Positions 43,270-49,548 of a DNA stretch of 49,548 nucleotides are shown in pieces. The DNA lies in the IMG/VR virus record IMGVR_UViG_3300025706_000008, positions 1-49,548 of that record; one strand, given 5' to 3'. The DNA comes from a virus. How positions within the stretch are numbered: the stretch's first letter is position 1; every line of letters begins with the position of its first letter. The position numbers were made by a program, and so were the translations under genes. The notes beneath the pieces were generated by a model. That model saw nothing but the letters and a program-made list of their open reading frames with translations. It was not told the origin of the DNA and made no database searches.

Positions 43270-43871
43270 AGTTATCGGAACTACATATTAATTCAAAGAA
43301 CCCGCGAACTAGTAAGAACGACCGGTTTAATAAACTTCCTTACATAAACAAAGAACCAGGAGAATACAAAATTACATTAAACTCAGGTGAAATATTTTAT
43401 GCTCATGATGTTAAGGAAAAATATGATTATAATGAGTATATTTTAGTATTAAAAAATATGTCAAAATATGTAGGAAATACAGTTAGTGCAGCAACTATAA
43501 ACCCAGAAATGGATGCTTATAGTGTTTTAATGTGGCACTTATTTCCGGACTATTTGAATAAAAATAAATATAAAGATAAAAAACAGAAATATAAGCATCT
43601 TTATATTATGAGAAACACGAATGGATTTATTAAAATAGGCGTCTCAAATAATCCTAAAATGAGAATATATGATTTGAAATTAGAATTTGAAGGAGATTTT
43701 GAAATAGTAAAAGTATATAGGAATAAAGGATATTTAGAGAATGAAATTCATAAAATATTAAGTAAATATAAATATTGTGTTTACAATAAAAAGAGAAAAA
43801 GATACAGCCGCGAATGTTTTGAAGATAGAAGTGAAGTGACGGAATTATGTATGGAAATGTGTGAAAATTGA
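43266..43871 (+). CDS. T5orf172 / GIY-YIG-like domain protein; very A+T-rich
   Basis: LYIMRNTNGFIKIGVSNNPKMRIYDL...LENEIHKIL pattern. The N-terminal LSELHINSKNPRT resembles a ParB-N motif. Confidence 0.6.
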   Translation: MKLSELHINSKNPRTSKNDRFNKLPYINKEPGEYKITLNSGEIFYAHDVKEKYDYNEYILVLKNMSKYVGNTVSAATINPEMDAYSVLMWHLFPDYLNKNKYKDKKQKYKHLYIMRNTNGFIKIGVSNNPKMRIYDLKLEFEGDFEIVKVYRNKGYLENEIHKILSKYKYCVYNKKRKRYSRECFEDRSEVTELCMEMCEN

Positions 43872-43878
43872 CTATACT

Positions 43879-44241
43879 ATGCCACGTCCGAAAGCTAAAA
43901 TAGATTGGGAACAGGCCGGTAAACTTATTGCCGCCGGTTGTGACGGCGTTCAGGTAGCTGCCTATTTTGGCATTATGCCCGACACGCTTTATTTCCGTTG
44001 TGAAACCGACAATAAACAAGGTTTTTCGGACTTTCTAAGAGAAAAACGAGCTAAGGGAGATGCCCTGTTATATGCAACGCAATATGAACTTGCATTAAAG
44101 GATAAAAACCCGACGATGTTAGTATGGCTCGGCAAACAACGGCTCGGACAGCGTGAAAAACAAGACACCGACATCACCAGCAACGGCAACACCATATTCG
44201 TAAAACTACCGGATGAACCCAAACAAGCCACTAACGATTGA
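43879..44241 (+). CDS. terS: Terminase small subunit
   Basis: HTH-like GCDGVQVAAYFGIMPDTLY and WLGKQRLGQRE. Upstream of terL. ATG 43879 preferred over GTG 43861. Confidence 0.65.
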   Translation: MPRPKAKIDWEQAGKLIAAGCDGVQVAAYFGIMPDTLYFRCETDNKQGFSDFLREKRAKGDALLYATQYELALKDKNPTMLVWLGKQRLGQREKQDTDITSNGNTIFVKLPDEPKQATND

Positions 44242-45439
44242 ATTCGACCCGGCACTGTTCAATCCGCTCTTTTACCGGCTGAAAGAAGCAATGACACGCT
44301 TTGTTATAAACTACGGCGGTAGCGGTTCGTCAAAATCATGGACGCAGACACAGCATGAAATAATCAAAGCCATTCAGTCGAAAGAAACAATACTGATTAC
44401 CCGTAAATACGCCTCCACACTAAAGCATTCCGTCATTGCACTGGCCCGCCGCATCCTTACCGACTGGAACCTTTCAGCCCTGTACATCGAAAACAAATCC
44501 GATCAGGTATTCACATTTCCACACAACGGCAGCCAGATAATCTTCAAAGGACTGGACGACACGGAGAAGATCAAATCAATAGCCGGTATTACCCGAATTT
44601 GGATGGAGGAAATGAACGAATTTACACAGGACGATTTCAACCAACTGAACCTGCGCCTCCGCGGACGTGAAAATCTTCAGATAACCGGCACATTCAACCC
44701 GATAGACGAGAACCACTGGATTAAGAAGGTATTTTTCGACAGCCATCAATATGATGACCAGACGACGATTATCAAAACAACATACCAGGATAACCGATTC
44801 ATTGACGAGGTATACAAGCAAGAACTGGAACGATACCTGAACATTGACCCGAATTACCACCGGATATATGCACGTGGCGAATGGGGCGTGATTGACGAAG
44901 CCCGTATATTCAAGACATGGAACTTTGCCGATTTCCCTGACGAGCCAAAGATGACAGTTGTCTATGGCCTTGACTTTGGGTATTCACAAGACCCGGCTGC
45001 CGTCGTGCGAACGACAATAATAGGCGGTACGGTATACGTCGACGAAGTGCTTTATCAGATAGGGCTAACCAATGCCGACCTTGCACGGCTGATCAAACAG
45101 GACGGATACCACGGTGAGCCGGTCGTATGTGATTCTGCCGAACCTAAAAGTATTGACGACCTGCGGAAAATGGGAATCCGGGCAATTCCGGCAGACAAGG
45201 GCAAAGGATCGGTAAATTCAGGCATCGACTATCTGAAGCGCAATGTCGTGTACATAAGCCCGCGAAGCCGCAACATTGAGCGTGAAAATCTGCACTACAA
45301 ATGGAAAAAAGACAGACTTGGTAATTTTCTGCCCGTACCGGAAGCAGCGCACGATCATTGCGTGGACGCCATCCGCTATAGCCTGTCACTTGGAATACAC
45401 GACCACGCAAATCAATCACTTGACCATGTTTTCTTCTGA
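44213..45439 (+). CDS. terL: Terminase large subunit
   Basis: Walker A YGGSGSSKSW and Walker B-like IWMEE. C-terminal nuclease region with DSAEP and HDHCVDAIRY. Confidence 0.9.
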   Translation: MNPNKPLTIEFDPALFNPLFYRLKEAMTRFVINYGGSGSSKSWTQTQHEIIKAIQSKETILITRKYASTLKHSVIALARRILTDWNLSALYIENKSDQVFTFPHNGSQIIFKGLDDTEKIKSIAGITRIWMEEMNEFTQDDFNQLNLRLRGRENLQITGTFNPIDENHWIKKVFFDSHQYDDQTTIIKTTYQDNRFIDEVYKQELERYLNIDPNYHRIYARGEWGVIDEARIFKTWNFADFPDEPKMTVVYGLDFGYSQDPAAVVRTTIIGGTVYVDEVLYQIGLTNADLARLIKQDGYHGEPVVCDSAEPKSIDDLRKMGIRAIPADKGKGSVNSGIDYLKRNVVYISPRSRNIERENLHYKWKKDRLGNFLPVPEAAHDHCVDAIRYSLSLGIHDHANQSLDHVFF

Positions 45440-45986
45440 TTCCTACGACCATATATTTGCATCTGACCCGGAATACAAGCAAAACTACCTACGGTCATCC
45501 TATCTGCCGGTTTGGAAAATCATTGCATCGAAAATGAAACACGAGGACCCGATCCTTGACATCGGATGCGGGCCCGGTCAATTCGCCAATTTTCTGCACG
45601 ACCAGGGATTCACAGATTATACGGGCATTGACTACAGCGTGGTTGCCATAACGACAGCGCGCCAGTTGGTGCCTTCATTTACGTTCATCCACGGTGACGT
45701 CACAAAGCTGAACTATCGCAAATACCGGGGGTATGTCATCACGGCCATTGAATCAATGGAGCACATCGAAGACGACCGTGCGCTGATACGTCGCCTTCCA
45801 CCTGCCAGGCTGATATTTTCCGTACCTAATTACCCGGCACCAAACCATTACCGCACCTACCGGGATGAAATGTTCATAGCACAGTATTACCGCAACATCA
45901 TCGACATCGACAGCATCACACGCTATCATTGCAAGGGGCCCGACTTCATTTTCATCGTTGATTCGTTCACACATCGCAAACCGTGA
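45426..45986 (+). CDS. Class I SAM-dependent methyltransferase (start moved to ATG 45426)
   Basis: Motif I ILDIGCGPGQF and later GIDYS...HGDV. The track ORF start at 45276 lies inside terL. Confidence 0.7.
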   Translation: MFSSDSYDHIFASDPEYKQNYLRSSYLPVWKIIASKMKHEDPILDIGCGPGQFANFLHDQGFTDYTGIDYSVVAITTARQLVPSFTFIHGDVTKLNYRKYRGYVITAIESMEHIEDDRALIRRLPPARLIFSVPNYPAPNHYRTYRDEMFIAQYYRNIIDIDSITRYHCKGPDFIFIVDSFTHRKP

Positions 45987-46041
45987 CAATTTACCGCCAT
46001 TTCTGAAAATCAATACCGGAAAACATCATTGAAATTTACCG
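45965..46041 (+). promoter_or_regulatory. Conserved bipartite element, copy R3 (24 nt identical to R1, plus gaaatttaccg with gaaattt 65 nt downstream of the t at 45966, the second nt of the box)
   Basis: Overlaps the last codons of the methyltransferase gene. Box 2 lies 26 nt upstream of the portal GTG. Confidence 0.6.
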
Positions 46042-46056
46042 CAAAATAAAAATGCG

Positions 46057-47505
46057 GTGAATATTGATGAAATTTTGCAGTTACCGGTCGAAAATCAGCT
46101 GACGATTCTCAAGCAATCAAAGGATATTGCCGAATATGGCACCATCTCTGAGCAGTGGGATACGTCGAAGCACAGCGTATTTGATACCAACGTCCGGCCG
46201 TGGAAAGCCGTTAAGCGCGCATCTGACACCGTGCAGGATGCCTACGGCAATTTCACCTACACAACAGCGTATGAAGACGTAAACCGTATTGCGGTGCCGT
46301 TTCAGAAGCTGATTGTTGAGCGCGCCATCGGCTTCCTTCTGGGAAATCCCGTCACGCTGGAATATGCCGCCGAAACCGACAGTCAGCAATTACTGGCCGA
46401 CATGGTTCAGCGCACGCTTGACGATAACAAGGCCGATTATTTCAACCGCAAGCTGGCCCGCACGGTTATGAGCGAATGTGAAGCGGCTGAATTGTGGTAC
46501 CTGGTTGAAGACCGTATATTTTGGTCAAAGACGCTGAAGGAGTCCGTAAATAACATTTTCAAGCTTCGCGTCAAGTTGCTTTCACCCGGCAATGGTGACG
46601 GCCTGTGGCCTTACTTCGATGACACGGGTGACATGGTAGCCTTCAGCCGGTCGTATTCCATCAAAGACACCGACAACAAAATAACAGAGCATTTCGACAC
46701 GTGGACGGCTACATCGGTCTATTCCCGCGCCAACATTGACGGAAAGTGGGACACGGTCGTTACGGCTAACATCTTCGGGAAGATCCCGGTCGTATACTAT
46801 TCACAGCCGGAGCCTGAGTGGTCATCCGTTCAGTCGCTGATCGACCGGTACGAAACAAAGATGTCAAACTTCGCCGACACTAACGACTACTTCGGCAGTC
46901 CGATGGTGAAGGTAATCGGTGAGGTAGCCTCACTTCCGGGCAAGACGACACAGGGAAAGGTCATTCAGCTCACACAGGGATCCGATGCAAGTTATATGTC
47001 ATGGTCATCGGCACCGGAGAGCGAACGTCTTGAATTTGAACAAATCGAGAAGATGATTTATGCCATGACCCAGACGCCGAACATCTCATTTGATCAGATG
47101 AAATCAATGGGTGGTGACATGTCTGGATTTGCCATAAAGCTGATGTTCACGGATGCCCACCTGAAGGTTGAAAACAAAATTGAATTGTTCGGAGAGATGT
47201 TTCAACGGCGTATTAACCTGGTTAAGGACATTTGCGGCAACATCATAAACGTGCGCCTGGCTGGCGATGTGAACGCGTTATGGATTGAACCCGTATTCAC
47301 ACCCTACCTGCCGAAGAACGTGAAAGAAGAAATTGAAATCCTGGCCACGGCACGTGCCAACAAAGCACTCATCAGCCAACAGACGGCATTTGAGAATAAT
47401 CCGCTGGTGAGCAATCCCGATGTGGAGTCCGATCGGATGGCTGAAGATACGGAGACCGAGGCACAACAGCAAACGAGAGAATTAACTGGAACTTTTAACA
47501 TATAA
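46057..47505 (+). CDS. Portal protein (SPP1 gp6-like)
   Basis: 482 aa, downstream of terL. GTG start. Confidence 0.8.
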   Translation: MNIDEILQLPVENQLTILKQSKDIAEYGTISEQWDTSKHSVFDTNVRPWKAVKRASDTVQDAYGNFTYTTAYEDVNRIAVPFQKLIVERAIGFLLGNPVTLEYAAETDSQQLLADMVQRTLDDNKADYFNRKLARTVMSECEAAELWYLVEDRIFWSKTLKESVNNIFKLRVKLLSPGNGDGLWPYFDDTGDMVAFSRSYSIKDTDNKITEHFDTWTATSVYSRANIDGKWDTVVTANIFGKIPVVYYSQPEPEWSSVQSLIDRYETKMSNFADTNDYFGSPMVKVIGEVASLPGKTTQGKVIQLTQGSDASYMSWSSAPESERLEFEQIEKMIYAMTQTPNISFDQMKSMGGDMSGFAIKLMFTDAHLKVENKIELFGEMFQRRINLVKDICGNIINVRLAGDVNALWIEPVFTPYLPKNVKEEIEILATARANKALISQQTAFENNPLVSNPDVESDRMAEDTETEAQQQTRELTGTFNI

Positions 47506-47510
47506 CAAAA

Positions 47511-48134
47511 ATGGCTTACACTTGCAACATCTCACGCAGATCGAATGGCGGCTACACCGTCATCTGGGACGGGGCATCGAGTTACCCGTCTGAAATAAGT
47601 TACCACGGGACGGAGACCGGCGTCATCCTCTTTGCCAAAGGTTTCCACATGACGCGCTTTTACCGTCCCTCAGAGTGGACTATTCAGACCGTTACGGGAT
47701 ATACCACAGTTGTACAAGTTGCAGATGCTTTGGATGCGCTTGGCGTACTTTCATCAGATACGTTAGAGGACATCGAAGCATTGCTGACTACCATTGATGC
47801 AGATACAGGAACGTTGGTGACAGATGTTGATGCAATCAAGACGGCTGTTGAGGTAATGGATGATTGGGATGAATCAAACCGTGAAAAAGTAAATCCGATT
47901 GTTGGTGAAGCCGGGGTGGAAGCCGGGGCTGGTACAACTACTGAAAAAACACAGAGAGTGGTACAGGCAAAAGCGGATTATATTGACCTTTCAGATTCGT
48001 CAGGTGAGATCATATATGAGGGGTATTGGAACGGTACAAATTATGATGTCTGTAAGATTACAATTACGGACGTTTTAATTACCCGTGAATGGGCTACCGG
48101 AGATTGGGGCGATCGTGTTTTGATGTTTTCATAA
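47511..48134 (+). CDS. Hypothetical virion-associated protein
   Basis: ORF only. Lies between the portal and fibre-like genes. Confidence 0.5.
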   Translation: MAYTCNISRRSNGGYTVIWDGASSYPSEISYHGTETGVILFAKGFHMTRFYRPSEWTIQTVTGYTTVVQVADALDALGVLSSDTLEDIEALLTTIDADTGTLVTDVDAIKTAVEVMDDWDESNREKVNPIVGEAGVEAGAGTTTEKTQRVVQAKADYIDLSDSSGEIIYEGYWNGTNYDVCKITITDVLITREWATGDWGDRVLMFS

Positions 48135-48149
48135 GGAAGGAGTATTGAA

Positions 48150-49548
48150 ATGACTGTAAAATATGATACCGTATTAGGTGACCTTCGTGAAAGTGATGAA
48201 TACACTGGTGCTGGTGGCATTGTAGATATTACTTATGAGAACCTTCTTACGGCAATCGGTGCCAGCGGGTTGGTATCAGGGCAATTATACCGAATCACAG
48301 ACTATGCCATCGTTCTCTGGATGGTGGATGGTGATGATAGTTATATTCTTGAAGAGGAAGCGAAGATTGTCCATACCGGGGAAGCAGAACCATTGGTGGT
48401 ATTGGCAACTTCAGCAAACACGCTTTCACAGGATGCTTACAGTGCAACATACCCTGAAGATACAATTAAGTATGATTGGGATATTACAAATTGGGAAAGC
48501 CTGAAACCATTTTATGACGGTGATACCAGTGAAACGGTAACAGGATTCAAAGGTGTGATATACCGCAGGGAGGATAACATAAATAACAACCGTTGCAACT
48601 TTGACTTCCGTGAGATTACCTATCGTCTTTGGTCTATTGAACAGGCGTCATGGGTAGCACAGGCTTATAATGAAGGTGATTTTGTTCAGCATAGTGGAGA
48701 TGATAATATATATGTGGCGTTACAGGCAGTTGCAGACACGGCACAGGTAGAAATTGTAACACTTACAGGAACATCGGGAACAGCAAATATCACGGGGGCA
48801 GGGGGATTGACAAAGTTGGTGACATTTGGGGATGATCTTCCTGATACGGCTGCTGATTTTGTTACATCATGGGCTGCGGATTATTTGGCTGTTGGTATTG
48901 TTATTACAAACAATGGGGAAACCATTGTTTTTACTGCAAATGTTGCAGGGACAGGATTTACCCAACCAGCGATAGCAAATGCAAGTGGTGATTTAGCAGG
49001 GACGGTTGCAAATAGTGTGCTGAATTTCGCTGTTACGGAAGCACCTGACACAAGGGCTGATTATTGGAAACTGCTAATCACATTAAGTGATTTTGATAGC
49101 GCATATTTATCTTTTTCCTCCACAGGTTTAGGAGTTGGCGATTATACAATACCTGTTTTAGATACAGATGATTATTTTGACAGAAAAATGTTTGGGGATA
49201 GTTGTACAAATAATTTGTTTGATGAATATTTCGTGAGTTTGCCATATACTATATTTGGTTCAAGTTGTGATTCCAACACCTTTGGAACAGGTTGTGGAGG
49301 CAACACCTTTGGAACAGATTGTAGTTACAACACCTTTGGAGCAGATTGTGATGGCAACACCTTTGGAACAAGTTGTAGTTACAACACCTTTGGAGCAGTT
49401 TGTCAGAGCAACACCTTTGGAACAGGTTGTGGGGGCAATACCTTTGGTTCATATTGTGCTTACAACACCTTTGGTTCAGGTTGTAGTGTAAACACCTTTG
49501 GAACAGGTTGTGGAGGCAACACCTTTGGAACAGATTGTGATGGCAACA
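48150..49548 (+). CDS. Fibre-like protein with a C-terminal NTFGxxCxx nonapeptide repeat solenoid (5' part; runs off the window and continues at nt 1-275)
   Basis: ATG 48150 is preceded by AAGGAAGGAG. The frame, hand-translated, is open to the window end. Absent from the ORF track because there is no stop inside the window. Confidence 0.75.
   Translation, partial: MTVKYDTVLGDLRESDEYTGAGGIVDITYENLLTAIGASGLVSGQLYRITDYAIVLWMVDGDDSYILEEEAKIVHTGEAEPLVVLATSANTLSQDAYSATYPEDTIKYDWDITNWESLKPFYDGDTSETVTGFKGVIYRREDNINNNRCNFDFREITYRLWSIEQASWVAQAYNEGDFVQHSGDDNIYVALQAVADTAQVEIVTLTGTSGTANITGAGGLTKLVTFGDDLPDTAADFVTSWAADYLAVGIVITNNGETIVFTANVAGTGFTQPAIANASGDLAGTVANSVLNFAVTEAPDTRADYWKLLITLSDFDSAYLSFSSTGLGVGDYTIPVLDTDDYFDRKMFGDSCTNNLFDEYFVSLPYTIFGSSCDSNTFGTGCGGNTFGTDCSYNTFGADCDGNTFGTSCSYNTFGAVCQSNTFGTGCGGNTFGSYCAYNTFGSGCSVNTFGTGCGGNTFGTDCDGN
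49275..49548 (+). repeat. 27-nt tandem repeat array (10 full units here, 11th unit wraps to nt 48-74)
   Basis: Units aacacctttggaNNNNNNtgtNNNNNN in phase from 49275. Confidence 0.9.
49498..49548. repeat. Terminal direct repeat, right copy (identical to nt 1-51)
   Basis: Direct comparison. Confidence 0.9.

Noticed and set aside
49249-49491. Track ORFs 49249..49452 (-) and 49255..49491 (+), which have striking repetitive peptides (e.g. TPLEQVV repeats)
   Set aside because: They are off-frame or antisense readings of the 27-nt tandem array. The frame starting at ATG 48150 is open for 1.4 kb, has an SD, and continues in phase across the junction to a stop at 273-275.
49275-49548. The 27-nt repeat array as a possible CRISPR array
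   Set aside because: The units are directly adjacent with no spacers. They are in phase with a long ORF, and they vary at codon positions in a way that fits a protein repeat.
1-49548. Integrase, diversity-generating retroelement (RT plus TR/VR), DNA polymerase, toxin-antitoxin pair
   Set aside because: I looked for the hallmark motifs among all ORFs and found none. The repeated fibre domains are protein-level paralogues with no nearby reverse transcriptase. Absence is based on reading by eye only.

Overview
The window closes on itself: nt 1-51 are identical to nt 49498-49548, giving a unique length of 49497 nt. It reads as one complete tailed dsDNA phage genome with siphovirus-type gene order. 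All credible genes but one are on the + strand.

Modules in order:
- Fibre-like gene wrapping the junction (48150..end, continuing to 275).
- Lysis cassette (910-2078).
- VRR-NUC nuclease and Mu F-like head morphogenesis protein.
- Scaffold, decoration and major capsid genes (3633-5971).
- Head-tail joining genes, major tail protein, and a chaperone pair with a -1 frameshift.
- A 1389-aa tape measure and two large tail or fibre proteins carrying Fibrobacter-type (FISUMP-like) domains (13398-18393).
- A 7.3-kb glycan-assembly island (18498-25757).
- A tRNA-like fragment, then the only minus-strand gene (an HTH regulator) with a divergent AT-rich control region.
- Early, recombination and replication genes: Erf, an SNF2 helicase-DNA methyltransferase fusion, NinB-like, HNH, primase-helicase, a GT-B glycosyltransferase and a GH16 hydrolase.
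- An A+T-rich block of small genes with strong Shine-Dalgarno sites, including a Mom-like gene.
- A T5orf172-type gene, then terS, terL, a SAM methyltransferase and the portal.

Most genes lack Shine-Dalgarno sites and there are TAnnTTTG-like boxes, so a Bacteroidota host is likely (inference). No integrase, DNA polymerase, CRISPR array, reverse transcriptase or intact tRNA was found.

The most interesting candidates are:
1. The late-operon glycan island, which has no export or polymerase genes.
2. A conserved bipartite motif heading three late operons.
3. A 27-nt tandem-repeat (NTFGxxCxx) fibre gene.
4. SSB-type IPF tails on two replication proteins.
5. Multiple candidate DNA-modification genes.

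All family assignments come from motif recognition by eye. No searches were run.
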